Part shown: one piece after another, positions 41,514 through 55,491 of the stretch
Layout of the letters: each line of letters opens with the position of its first letter
How positions within the stretch are numbered: position 1 is the first letter of the stretch
Source of the DNA: Octopus sinensis
Taxonomy: Eukaryota
Length of the DNA: 64,000 nucleotides
Assembly: GCF_006345805.1 (NCBI RefSeq)
Contig: NC_043004.1
Location: 10,788,001 to 10,852,000, forward strand
Direction: 5' to 3'
Translations under genes and position numbers: made by a program
Notes under the pieces: model-generated
Database searches by the model: none
Seen by the model: only the letters and a program-made list of their open reading frames with translations
What the model was told of the DNA's origin: nothing

Positions 41514-44500
41514 GCTGGATAAGAAAATTACGAGTGACGATAATTTCGAAATCAAAAGCTTAGCATTATTTCATACTAAACTGAAGCATACAGTAAGGAG
41601 TGAGTTTAATCACAGACGACGAAAGTGACAACCCTAGGTAAGTTTCGGCATTATTAGACCTCCTCATTGAAGTATTGCCATACCAGAACTACTAGAGTCT
41701 AGATGATGGTAAAATATGAAAATCTTTATCGAAGGAAGTTAAAAATGTTTTTTTACGACACAACCCGACCCCCTTCGGCTACGGGGAATACGAATCTGCA
41801 AAAAAAATTGGCAAAAAGTCGGCACCCCCACCCCCATTTCCTTCATTTTTAACCTTTTTCACATTTTTTTTTCAAAATATGCGGAAAAATACGGAGATTA
41901 TGATTCTGAAAAAAACTTCCAAACATCTTTGGAAAATGTTTTTTTAAGAATTTTTTTTTTTTAAAAATATGCGGAAAAATACGGATATCATCATAGTGAC
42001 AAAAATTCAAAACATTTCTTTACTTACGGTTAGGGTTAGGGTTTTAGGGTTAGTGTTGTGGAAGAAAGTCAAAATTGAAGAAACTGGTGGGGAAATGGGG
42101 GGTGGGTGGGATTTCACAATGCCGATTATTGGCAATTTCCCGGAACCTCCGTATCCGAAAACGGGGATTTTCAGCAAAAAAATACAAAAATAAACAAATT
42201 TGGGAGAAAATGGGTGGGGAGGGGACGGGCGGAAGTCTTTCCCAACTTTGTTTCGATTTCCTTTCCGGCACCAATAACTTGTTCGTTGACAAACAATCAT
42301 GCGAAGTCCCAAAAGATGATTTCACAACACAATCATGGTACACTAAAGACCATTGTTGGTGCAGTGTTGATCTGTGGCGATCAAGATTAGGATGAGTTTT
42401 GCCGCCTGTGCAACTGAATAAACTGAACTCGTTCCATGCATTCCTCAACTCAGCTAATATTATTATGAATTCAGCAATTTCGTCCAGCAACTGGCTGCCT
42501 AATTTTTGAAATGAACCTCAGTTTTGGCTATTTTTCTACTCTGAGACCAAAGCCTCGAACCCAGACTCCCCTTGTGCTAATGCATCGAGTGTGCAATGGA
42601 GTAGCTGTCCTCGTCAGACGAAATACAACAGCGATTAGCATATTCATGAAACGTGTTAAGAATAGAGGTGCAAGTAAGAAACCTTCCATCGAAATTCCTT
42701 TGTTAATTTATATTCTGAATACCAACATAATAATGACAAATTATTTCACCGAATCTTGATCATTTTTAAAACTAATCAAAACAAATACAGTGTATTTCAA
42801 CTGAAATATGTTAATAAAAGGGTTAGACCCCCTTGTTAGAGAATTGCTTGTTTTTAACACTCACACCAGCACTGATGAAGTACATGGCCTATGATCAAAG
42901 GGTTTTCGATAGTGAACGTCTGTCTAGTTTATATGAGAATATGTTATCAATGAATCATTTCCTTACTGACAGCGTCACGAATTTTTACAGAGGGGTTTCC
43001 AGTTTTAGCGGGTTCTGTGGTCACAGGATAGCCCTTCGTTGGTCCGCTTCTTATGTCTGTGATTTCAATATTAACAAAACATTCTGTGTGCTGTTCAACG
43101 TATGTATTGCACTATTAAATCTGTGTATTTAAATGATCTGTTGCTGTTTCACTATTCGGGTAAAGAATCTCGCTACACCATTATTCGGTGTATTTATAAA
43201 CATTAGATAACATGATATCTTCTTTATGACGTACAGTAGAAATTGTGTCTCCCACACTGGACATTTCAGTTTGAGCAACATGCTCGTTCTAAACAGCCAT
43301 TATCATTTTCTTCCCAACCGTAAATCTTGCAGTCATTTAGTTCTCCTTCTGGGCAACTTTTAAAATTCTCAAATTTAGTGTGAATCTTAGACTTCAGCTC
43401 AGTCAATCTGAATTAATTGTAATAGATTATTCGTTTGGTATCGTTAACATGTTAATTATTCTAATAACTAAATAAATACTTTCACCAGAGGACTGTTAAG
43501 GTATTTAATTGCAGACCGATATAGCTCCTCCGGGAGAGAACTTGAAACTTCTGTAGCACAATGTTAATTCCAGATAGATTAATACTATTTACCAGTATAG
43601 TAGTTATAAATGCTATTTGTTATTCAAGTTGGCCACCTGAACAGATGAAGAGATTGAAAGATATATATTTGTTTGTCATAATTTGCCTCCAAGATAAGGC
43701 GGAAATAATTAATTTCAAACAAGATAGATTTAACTACAGCAAACTTAATTGCATTTTCTTAAGGCAGTATAGATAGTGTGGAAAGAAAGTCTGCGTTTGT
43801 TATCCTATAATTCGCCTTGCGTAGTTTATAAGTCAACCACTATGACTAGTTAGCTGTAATGTTTGAATAATTATGCAAAATAACACACTTCCTACATGTT
43901 TAACATGTTTAACGTCTTGCTTAATATTAACATCATTTCTCGGTTGGTTATTTATCATAAAACATATGTGGAATAAGTATGCCAATAAATAAGTAAAATT
44001 TAAAGCTTGATATTTTTCGACAGAATTTTTCTTAAAGCTAAATATAAAGAACCAAAATTTCTTTATAGCTCATGACATGCTGTCTATTTACTCCTTCAAT
44101 AAAATTCAGTAACTTAAGGATATTATATAACTTTGAGCATGAATAGATTTATTATGATAATAAAAAAAGACGAGATTAAATTTCAGTTAATGCAAATTCA
44201 GAGTAGGTTAAATAGTTCACATTACAGAAAAGCCACACACACACACACACATAACAAACTAAAAAGTGAAAATTCTTAAATGACACACAGAGAGGTGCAG
44301 ACTTTCGTATCGTTTGAAAATTTTGTTTATTTTCTTTATATTTTTCTGGCAGAATGATTTAAAGAAAGTTGAACAATAGTTGATTCTCACTGGAAATGAT
44401 AGTCTTACGGAACATTTACAATAAATAAAAGTGTCACTATAGAAATACGATGCTGAATATAAATGTGTCACACCGAAACTCACAAAGGAAAATCGATAAG

Positions 44501-44639
44501 ACCTTTTGATGTCCATTCAAACCAATTCCATGCATTGTTTGACGCCTGTTTTGGTGCTTAGATGAGACCAAACTCTTACAGAGACATTAAATCAATCATG
44601 ACATCTCAAAACATCAACGATTCTGACAATAACAGTAGC

Positions 44640-44935
44640 AATCTTCCTCCTCCTCCTCCTCCTTCCCTCCCCCTCCTCTCCTCTTACTACAACTACCGAT
44701 GCTTCTCGCCTCACCACAAATTCTTTGTCTCCTTTTTCCTCCTTTCACCTTGTTGTTGTTGTTCTTCATCATCATCTTCTTCTTCTTCTTCATCTGCTTC
44801 ATCTTCTTCATCATCTTCTTCATCATCTTCTACATCTTCTTCATCATCTTCTTCTTCATCTTCTTCTTCATCTTCTTCTTCATCTTTTTCATCTTCTTCT
44901 TCACCTTCTTCATCTTTTTCTTCATCATATCTTTA

Positions 44936-44967
<32 letters not shown>

Positions 44968-45017
44968 AATCATCATCATCATCATCATCATCTTCTTCTT
45001 CTTCTTCTTCTTCTTCC

Positions 45018-45048
<31 letters not shown>

Positions 45049-45130
45049 CTTTCTTCTTCTTCTTCTTCTTCTTCTTTCTTCTTCTCTTCTTCTTCTTCTT
45101 TCTTCTTCTTCTTCTTCTTCGTCCTCTTCC
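44640..45130. repeat. Compound (CCT)/(CTT)/(CAT)n tract
   Basis: Direct reading; it explains the low-complexity ORFs at 44562-45192. Confidence 0.95.
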
Positions 45131-47084
45131 GCGTCTCCTTTGCTGTTACTACTGCTTGTGCAGTATGGCATTTATTAGTTCTTCAATATTAGACTATCAA
45201 TAATCTTTGTGGTAATTCCTATCAATACACACATACGTCCACCTGTATATATGCACGCATACACACGAAATCAAAGAGTACTAAAGTCTATAGAAGAACT
45301 CATATGTTCCCAAGCGATTATTACTTAATTTCATAAGGACGCCTCCATAATGCCTAGTCCTTTTTCTTTCTTTTTTTTTGTGGTTTAATGGCTTGTGTGT
45401 TTCTATGACCCTTAGAGCTATGTTAGCAGAGCGCATGCTCTTTGTAAGGCTTGCCAAGGTGGCCAGATCGTAGAATAGAGGACTGACTATTACAGAACAC
45501 GTATTCCCAGAAATAAAAATGGTTTTCATTAGGACTAACACGCTTTCGAAGGAAAAAGAAATGTTACAGAATCATATATGATAATACAAAACCAATAAGG
45601 CCTAAGAAAGCAAGGCCTTAAAGAGAGAGCGCAGATTTCGCAACAGTATATATGTATGTAGTTATATTCTCCACGTTAATGCATTATGTTCTTTCGATAG
45701 GACAGCAAGACTTTGTCAGGGTGCCGAAGTAGGTGTCAGATTTTATAAATGAAATAATGCAGACTTCATAATAATAATTATTTGCTCCCTAGACTGAGAT
45801 CGAATATGCAAAGTCTGCTCGTGTTGCGATGCAGCTCGGAAGATTTTTATACAAATTTTATTGTAGCCTCAATCATTATCCCACAGATATACACAAGATA
45901 TGTAATTTTCTTGCCATATGATGTACGAGTAACATAAGAACCGACTACGTGTACGTCATCTTATTAGAAATAGTAACCAAATCATGAATATTAACTTTAG
46001 ACAGCCTCAGTAGAGAATCTGTTCCGAGAAAATATACAGACTCGGAAGAATACCAACGAAGACGAAATTGGCAAGAGGGAAAAGTCTTTTATCATCGATC
46101 AATTGGTTCAGCATTTAGTTTGGGACTAAATTACAACAATAACAATATCAATAACGACGATGCGAGCGGTTGTGTTCCAAGTAAGATAAATTTGCAATTT
46201 CCTCTTGTGATCTGTAATCTGGAGATGGATAGAAACCGGCAATCTCGTAAGTCTACGTAAAACTTAATGCCTCGTGGTAAAACAAAATATTGTATGCAGA
46301 TTATCTATTGTAATATTTATATTTCATAACATTATAACAGAATTAGTAATATAACAACATTAATACAACCTCTCGTCTTTCTCTCTCTCTCTCTCTGTTT
46401 TTTTTTTTCAGAATTCTGGAATATTCTCATTATAAATACATACGAAGAAAGATTTATAAAAACTGTTTTGCACATTGTAAAATTTCTATAACATAATATA
46501 CCCCTGGGGTTGAATACGTATAATTTAAATAAATTGTACTCAAGTTTCAACTTAAAATACTAATAAACTTTTGTGATCTCATATTCAACTAAAAAAAAAA
46601 GTACAGACATTCTGCAAATTTTGTCATAAAATTCACTGTTAATTTGATATGATGTAAATACTTTGCAGGTCACGTTTTATGAACTGCAGTATGTGTTTAC
46701 TGTCAAAACAATCATAAGAACTGTGAGAGTTCACAATAATATGTATGTCATGTAGGACTCAGATGTTTTACCAGACTATACAGATATGAAAACAATAAAA
46801 CTTTGGGCTGCGCATCGGTAGAATCGCTAAAGTGCTGAAAACATTCCTTGCCATAGTTATTCTCCTTTACGATGTAAGTTCAAGTACTGCGAATGCAAAC
46901 GCTACCTTTCATCCTTCCAGAATCAATAATAAAATAACTAATCACTCAAGTTTCGCGGTAGACGTATCCTTATCCCTTAAAGCATTGTATCACAAGACGG
47001 GACAATTAGAAGTTTATGTAAAATGAAGACTATATTTCAATTTCGAATACTGTTTACATACTGGTTTCACATTTTACTCCAGGC

Positions 47085-47700
47085 ACAAGGCCCGAAATTT
47101 TTTGGGAGGAGGCCAGACGATTAGATCGACCCGAGTACGCAACTGATATTTAATTTATCGACCCCGAAAGGATGAAAGGCAAAGTCGACCTCGGCGGAAT
47201 TTGAACTCAGAACGCAAAGACAGAAGAAATACCTATTTCTTTATTGCCCACAAGGGGCTAAACATAGAGGGGACAAACAAGGACAGACAAAGGGGTTAAG
47301 TCTATCACATTGACCTCAGTGCGTAACTGGTACTTAATTTATCGACCCCGAAAGAATGAAAGGCAAAGTCGACCTCGGCGGAATTTGAACTCAGAACGAA
47401 ACGGCAGACGAAATACCTATTTCTTTACTACCCATAAGGGACTAAACACAGAGAGGACATACAAGGACAGAGAAACGGATCAAGTCGATTACATCGACCC
47501 CAGTGCGTAACTGGTACTTAATTTATCGACCCCGAAAGGATGCAAGGCAAAGTCGACCTCAGAACGTAACGGCAGACGAAATACCGCAAAGCATTTCGCC
47601 TGGCGTGCTAACGATTCTGCCAGCTCGCTCGCCGGCGTGCTGACGTTTCTCCTAAACATATTGCTCACTGCACTAATGATACTACCTGCTCGCCGCCTTA
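47085..47700 (-). mobile_element. SINE-G with 3 internal 184 bp units and duplicated head end
   Basis: GTCGACCTC at 47184, 47368 and 47552. Confidence 0.85.
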
Positions 47701-47864
47701 AATACTGTCTACATGTTAATGTATCTTTTACCTTTGACACGTTTCAGCCATTGGACTGCAGCCATACTAGGGCATAACTTATTTTTTTTAGGTCTGGTGC
47801 ATATTTTATAGGTCAGTCAATTTTCTTGCTACATAATGCCCACGATCTCTTTTACCAGTTCCTC

Positions 47865-47910
<46 letters not shown>

Positions 47911-49421
47911 ACACACCCACACACATTCTCACTCACATACATATAAACTATAAATATCGAATCTGTAGGCTAGGAACAGACAGAGAGACAGACCTAAACA
48001 TACCCGGTTTAGAGAGGATATGGCAATGATGAGATCATGAGTCACAACGAAAGGACCTTGGCAAACCTAGCTGAATGATCGATTGACCGAACGATTAACG
48101 AAACAATCAGTTAGTTCGTTATATGATTAGCTAATTGTCTAATAAAAATAAAGAAGCAAAACTAAAACCGGTGCATGTGTTTATTATTGGCATAATGACC
48201 CTCCTAAAATACAACAAAATATGTTAGTCATATATACTTAAAGTGCATAGGCTGGCACGACCTCTAGACTAAAAATGGAACATACAGAAAATAGAAACCG
48301 ATTTTTGAAAAGAAGACGGATCAAATAATTAACAATTATTTTCCTCGCAATATCTGAAAAAAAGTGTGTAAGCAATTTATTATAATCGGTAGCGCGTTTT
48401 GTTTTATGTTATTTTAATTAAATACATGTTTACATTTTAAACAAATCTCTTGATTAGATAGTTATTCGACAATCTATCCTTAGGAAAATCTCTACAAAAT
48501 GGATTTCATCACCAAGTGAGAGAATGAAGCAAAACAGCTGAAATATATTTTCCTACGTTGTAAGGAGGAAGTTTACACAGAGACAGTATCAGGGATATCT
48601 TTGTTTTGTATTTATTTTTTGTTTTTTTTTCCTGGTAATATCTCTCCTACTATGGGCAAGAGGCCTCAAAATTTTGGTTATGGGTTAGTAGATTACATTT
48701 CAGTCGGTGTTCATTTGCTACTTATTTTCATCGACTCCGAAAGAATGACGAACAAAGCCTACCTTTACGGAATTTGAACTCAGAACTAAAGCTCCAAAGG
48801 ATTCTTGTCTGGTACGGTAACGATTCTGACAGCGCATCACATTCTCTAATGCGTAATATTAATAGTTATGTAATATTACATTCAGAAAAGACCTCATGAC
48901 ATTTAGTACAATAGGAATATATATTAGCGTAGATACTAATCTTAGTCAAGATAGTTATTTTATACATGCATACGTGCACGTATTCATATACATAGATGCA
49001 TACATACATACATACATACATACATACATACATACATACATGCATACATACATACATACATACTAATCTTGAGAAATGAGGCTTCTCAAAACCAGACAGA
49101 AGAAAGTTAAATCGAAGACTACAGTTCGAGTTCATCACTGGAACTGTAAAAATCTGTAAAACTTTCTAGGAGTTTATCATTTAGATATATACAAGCACGT
49201 ATAGATATGCAACAATATGCATCAGAATACATACATAAAAAAACTTTTACAAATCTGCACATATACATATTTACATACATACATACAAAAATACCTTGTA
49301 GATGATGTTAAAATTCCAATGTAGGAGCCTTGGGTCGAGGTTAGAATCCGGTTCTTTCTCTATTGGCAAGAAATCTTGAAATAAAACTGAAGAATGACAC
49401 ATCCATCCATCCATCCATCCA

Positions 49422-49510
<89 letters not shown>

Positions 49511-49777
49511 TTTGCTATAATGAATCATAAAGAAACATAAAAACATCTATTGGTATATTTGTATTCTCTCTGAAGATATTATGCTCAGATATATGGACTT
49601 AATATTAATTAGATCCACTGAGTATTAACTTAAACAGTTGTAAGAGATGATGTTCGATTTGTTGTTAATAATAAACTATTATTAACTTTTCAATCTCCAT
49701 TTTTTTCTTCTTCCTTTACACACACACACACACACCACACACAAACACAAACACACTCACACACATACACCACACAC

Positions 49778-49852
<75 letters not shown>

Positions 49853-50112
49853 TACAGAAAAGGAAAGTCAAGGCAGGACGAATATCTCAAGTCGTCTATA
49901 ATAATTTAATTAAAGTATAGAGGTTGGTCCATACTTCCGTGAAGGTGTAGGCCCTTAGGTAGAATCCCAGGGAAATCCAGGTAGCGTTTTGGCAGTATTT
50001 TGAATGATGCGTTCATGTTGAAGTAATGGATTAAGTGGTTAGCCTTATATTAAGCGGCTAACAACTCCAGAAACACACCCACAGAATGAATTTCCTCCAT
50101 ATGTAGTATATA

Positions 50113-50191
<79 letters not shown>

Positions 50192-50409
50192 TTATGAGAG
50201 GTAATGGTGTCAATAAGACCCAAAGGTGTCAGGTAATGGTGAGTAAGTGCTATGGACAGACCATAGTTAAGCTCCCGGTTCGGTGATTATGCGAATAAGG
50301 AGTCCAACGTAGGTCATATATCAGCATGTATATATGTAAAAAATGTTTTTTCAGAATGAGATAAAAATCCAAAGCCGTGAAATATTTTTAGAACATTTAT
50401 AAATAGAAG

Positions 50410-50457
50410 GTCTTACAGCTGTTTCCGGAATATTTATTATATCCTTTCATTGGAGAC
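50410..50457 (-). other. Fossil minimal hammerhead-like motif
   Basis: Minus strand reads GTCT-CCAATGA-AA-GGATA-TAATAAA-TATTCC-G-GAAA-CAGCTG-T-A-AGAC. Stem III is palindromic (ACAGCTGT) and stem I is perfect, but the core has two substitutions. Confidence 0.4.
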
Positions 50458-51579
50458 GGTGTGAGAAAATGGTTAAGCAATAGTTAATTTAGATTAGATA
50501 TGAAATAGAGAGTGAAGTGGAGGAATGAAAATAGATCTGAGATTTGCAGGTATATTGCATATGTAGATGCATTAAGCAGAATGGTATACATATAAGATTC
50601 CAATAACTTGTAAGTTCCAATAGTACTTAAAATTGGTCATTCCAAGTATAGAGTTTGTACACGGTGTATGTGTACAAACTGTGGTGAATATCTGAATGAA
50701 ACCCCCATGTGTTGTTTCTTAAATGGCAATCCAAGAAGCTGTGTAAAAAAAGTGTGCCTCTGTTTGCGCCTGTTGAATTTCAGTTAAAGACTAGCTATAA
50801 ATATATAAATAGACGTATCAAGAAATTTGAATAATTGCCTCTTGGAATACCCCTAAATACACATAGTCAGGAATTTAGAGATCAATATCGTTAATATTGA
50901 CGAATATTGTTTTGCATATATCGATTAATATCTAATGTTGTTACAAATATTTATGCTTGAAAAAATTTCAAACGATGTACGATTTAAGTAATGAGAAAAC
51001 AACAATCTGCCTCAGGATGTTTTCATCCATGTGCTATTGAGAGTATAGATTTTTCAGTCGAAAAGCTTATCGATCTCCGCTCTCCTTCCGAATATGCATT
51101 CAATGGAAACACCCTAAATAATCGTTATTAGGGAATTAGACACCTTGGAAATCTTGAGGCGAATTGCATAACGTATTCTTTACGATATGCATCCAATAGA
51201 AATCCCCTAAATAATCGTTATTAGGGAATTAGGCAACATGGAAATTTCGAGGCGAATTGAATATCATATTTTTTTGTGGAAATGCCTTAGCAATAATAAC
51301 TGAAGTCTTTCGTTGAAAACGTGTTTCGCTGCAAAGTTTTGGATTTTACATGCTACTAAAATCAGAACCTTTCCCCCTAAATTCTGTCTAAGCAAATCTG
51401 TCAGTCACTCGATCTCACTACTTCATAATTCTAGAGCCCAGGACGAGTAATCGAGAGAAAAAGCTAGATAAAAGATTAAAGGATGAAAACAAAGTGTATG
51501 ACGCTACAAATACATAGAGATACAATCAAGAATGTCAATTCTGACTGCTCTATCCAAGTCTACCTTCTCCAATTTTCTT

Positions 51580-51619
51580 ACTACTGCTGCTGTTGCAGCT
51601 TCAACTTCTACTACTACTG

Positions 51620-51656
<37 letters not shown>

Positions 51657-51694
51657 ACCACCACCACCACCACCACCACTACTACTACTATTAC

Positions 51695-51730
<36 letters not shown>

Positions 51731-51742
51731 CACTACTACTAT

Positions 51743-51780
<38 letters not shown>

Positions 51781-51782
51781 GT
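51580..51782. repeat. Compound (ACT)/(ACC)n tract with internal duplication
   Basis: An (ACT)n-(ACC)n block occurs twice, directly upstream of the mariner. Confidence 0.95.
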
Positions 51783-51890
51783 TCTTCGTCTTCTTTTTCT
51801 TCTATCCCGTACAAAATATTGCAAAACAGTGCTAGAGAATTAAGAAGGTTTATGTTCCTATAAACTCTGTTAATTCTGTAACCCTTTAAA

Positions 51891-52910
51891 ATGGAAGATA
51901 AGAAAGTTCGTTTTCGGCACTTGATGCTTTTCTTTTTCCACAAAAGGAAAAATGCCGCACAAGAAACGAAAGAAATATGTGCAGTTTACGGTGATGTTTC
52001 TTTATCTGAAAGAGCTATACGGAAGCGGTTCGCTAGGTATCGAGCTAGAGATTGTAGCCTTATTGATAAAGAACGATCAAGCAGACCATCCACTACAGAT
52101 GATGACCAAATCAAGTCATTAATTGAGAATAACCCACATTGCACAACCCGAGAATTGGCAGAAAGCCTCAACCTATCAAAATCCGTCGTTCATGAGCACC
52201 TGGTAAGGCTTGGGTACACAAATCGCTACGATGTTTGGGTACCACATGAGTTGAGTGAGAAGAACCTTTTAGATCGCATTTCCATCTGTGATTCGCTTTA
52301 TAAACGGAATTAAAACGCGCCTTTTTAAAAGCAAAGGTGATGAGAAATGGATTATCTTCAGAAATGTTCATAGAAAGTGATCCTGGACTAAGCGACATGA
52401 GCTACTCTTAGCCACCCCAAATGCAGGTCTTCACCCTAAAAGAGTCTTGCTTTGTGTCTGGTGGGATTGGAAAGGAATTCTGTACTGAGCTTTTTTCCAA
52501 ATAACCAAACAATTAATTCTGAGAAATACTGCACACAACTGGACGAGTTAAAAAAAGCAATTCAAGAGAAACGTCCAGAGTTGGGCAACAGGAATGGGTG
52601 TTGTTTTCCAACATGATAATGCAAGACTGCACGTTTCTTTGGGAACCAGACACACCTTGCTGCAGCTCGGCTGGGATGTGCCACCCCACCTTCCATATTC
52701 ACCAGATATTGCTCCTTCGGATTTTCACTTATTCAGGTCTCTGCGGAATAGTCTTAATGGTAAAAATTTCAATTCCTTGGATGACGTAAAAAGATACTTT
52801 GATGAATTATTTGCCATGAAACCACATCAATTCTGGGAAGAGGGTATTTTCAAGTTAAAGAAAGTGATGGAGATGCATCGCGCAACAAAATGGTTCATAT
52901 TTGGTTGATT
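51891..52910 (+). pseudogene. Mariner (DD34D) transposase pseudogene, near full length
   Basis: N-terminal HTH region (MEDKKVRFRHLMLFFF...), WVPHEL motif, GDEKW, VWWDWKG, HDNA...YSPDIAPSDFHLF with 34 residues between the last two Ds. It has stops and frameshifts, and TIRs are not evident. Confidence 0.95.
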
Positions 52911-53616
52911 AAAAATGTAACGACAAGTATTTATTGACCTTTTTCTTTCCTTTAGCTAGTGACTCGGCAAATGACTGATATAAAATAATGTACCATTAGC
53001 TAGATAAGCATAGACAGATAAATAGATAGAATATGGGTTTCCACAATTTCTTTTCAGCACATTCAATACACAAGCCATTGCTTTACTCAAGGAATGGTAA
53101 ATGATGCTTGAACAACAAGTCGCACAGCTTGATTAAGCCAGGCCCTACATGTTTGTCAAAGAGAATACTTAACGATGGTCTCCATGATTACTCAAGAGAT
53201 ACTTCTTTTGAGCAAGTCCCATTCTTCGTTGATGCTAAATTTAGCCACGTCAGGGAAACTGATTCAACCAGGTTTGCGATACAAGAACCGGTCATTACTG
53301 CTAGTTGGCATGTTGAGTGTAATAATTGCCAAAGCCTGTCATTTCTATGATAAATATCACCAATCTGGTCAATTTCCTGAAATGTTACATCGCATCATTA
53401 TGGTGACCAACACTACGTATCACAAATATGTTAGAGGAAACTTAATAACTTTGCTGCTTTAAATTTAGGTTTCTTTTACACTCTCTGTCCATCCAGTCTC
53501 TTTCTGTATATGTTTTAATGTACATATAAACATCTAAAACAGAAACACACTCATATACGCATATATACAAAAGTTTTTCGGGTTCAGCCATAGTCTTGTG
53601 ATATGAATTGTTATTG

Positions 53617-53650
<34 letters not shown>

Positions 53651-53657
53651 CACACAA

Positions 53658-53690
<33 letters not shown>

Positions 53691-53734
53691 AGACACAGAG
53701 AATCACGCACATACAATTTACAAATATATGTATA

Positions 53735-53946
53735 CTCTTTTACTCTTTTAATTTTTTCAGTCATTTGACTGTGGTCATGCTGGGGCACCGCCTTTAGTCG
53801 AGTAAATCGACCCCAGGATTTATTCTTTGTAAGCCTAGTACTTATTCTAGCCTTTCTTTTGCCGAACCGCTAAGTTACGTGAACGTAAACAGACCAGCAT
53901 CGGTTGTCAAGTAATGTTGGGGGGACAAACATAGACACGCAAACAC

Positions 53947-53990
<44 letters not shown>

Positions 53991-54170
53991 ATATAATATA
54001 TATATATGCATATATATACGACGGGCTTCTTTCAGTTCCGTCTTCCAAATCACTCACAAGGCTTTGGTCGGCCCGAGGCTATAGTAGAAGACACTTGCCC
54101 AATGTGCCACGCAGTGGAACTGAACCCGGAACCATGTGCTTGGTAAGCAAGCTACTTACCACACAGCCAC
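53735..54170 (-). mobile_element. SINE-A, full length
   Basis: Reverse-complement homology to family A. Confidence 0.9.
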
Positions 54171-55447
54171 CCATACAGTCTTGTGATTTGAATTGTTATT
54201 GGTACCCCCCCACACACACACACACACACACATACACACACAGAGAAGCACGCACATATTTATGCATTTATATTCATGAAAATATATGCATATATGCTAT
54301 GTACATATATGTATATATATATGCATATGCATACACACACACACACAGATATATATATATATGTATATATATACATATATTTATGTGTGTATGCATACTA
54401 AGAGGGTTTCAGCAGGTCTTGAGAGTGTGGTGTTTCATAGTACTTCAAACACATATTTTATACAAGCCTACTGTAATTTATCACACAAAAATATATAAGC
54501 GCAGGATTGTTTGAAGTTATAAACTGCTAAAACAATTGTAGCAGGTTTTAAACTTATGATATGCTGACAGCTTCAGAACTAGAAATGTATGAGCCATAGT
54601 GAGTAGAGACGTGGCAGGTAGGTTGAGTGAACCTGTTGGAAAAAAGATACAATTCACTGTTCCAGAGGAAACTATTTAAGTGTTTCATATGCTTTTATTC
54701 TTCCATTCTATTCCCTTCATGACCAAGCAGACCTATGTTCAACGGTATTCATTCCATGACCGTCCATATATTAGAAGGCTATGTTGGACTGTATTCTCTG
54801 ATGTGTCCTTTCAATGCATTCACTATCTAATGTGACATGTTCATCAAGTAACGAAAGGGAACTCGCCGGGATGTACATGATGGTGATCCTCAATACACCA
54901 TCCACCAAGAACAGCTAACAGCTAGGTTCTAATTGAATAAATACTTTAATACGGATGTATGAGATATCAGGGAGGCTTGGTCACAATTTCATGCAGAGAG
55001 ATATATTTTCTCTGATGGTCAATATAAGAAATGTGTAGTGAAAATGAAATGCGTAGTGACAATGTGCTTGCATGAAGATTCAAAACCATTCATGTTCGTG
55101 TTGTATATCTCTGAAGACATAAAAGGAAGTGCGTGAACGTATACTATTTCTCATTCAAATCTTCCACCGAAAAATGTAGTAATCTTAAGGCGAATCGATA
55201 CATGCAGTAATCGAATATTAAACGAACATATTGCTGAGTTTGGTATGAAGTTCGATAATATATTATTGCATTATTTTATTATATTACAGGCAGATATACA
55301 TATATACATATGCAAACACATACACCTGTATAAAGAGATGAATGCATACACACACACACAGAAACACAAACGCACACATATATATACGTGTGCATATATG
55401 CCTGTGTATAGTATGTATGTATCTATTTATCTCTCTCTCTCTCTCTC

Positions 55448-55491
<44 letters not shown>

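Noticed and set aside
50600-50800. CTNCGEYLNET resembling a GIY-YIG start
   Set aside because: It lies on the opposite strand to the nearby hammerhead fossil, and the rest of the frame does not match.
53080-53400. Moderate-GC segment possibly coding
   Set aside because: Stops in all long frames and no recognisable family.
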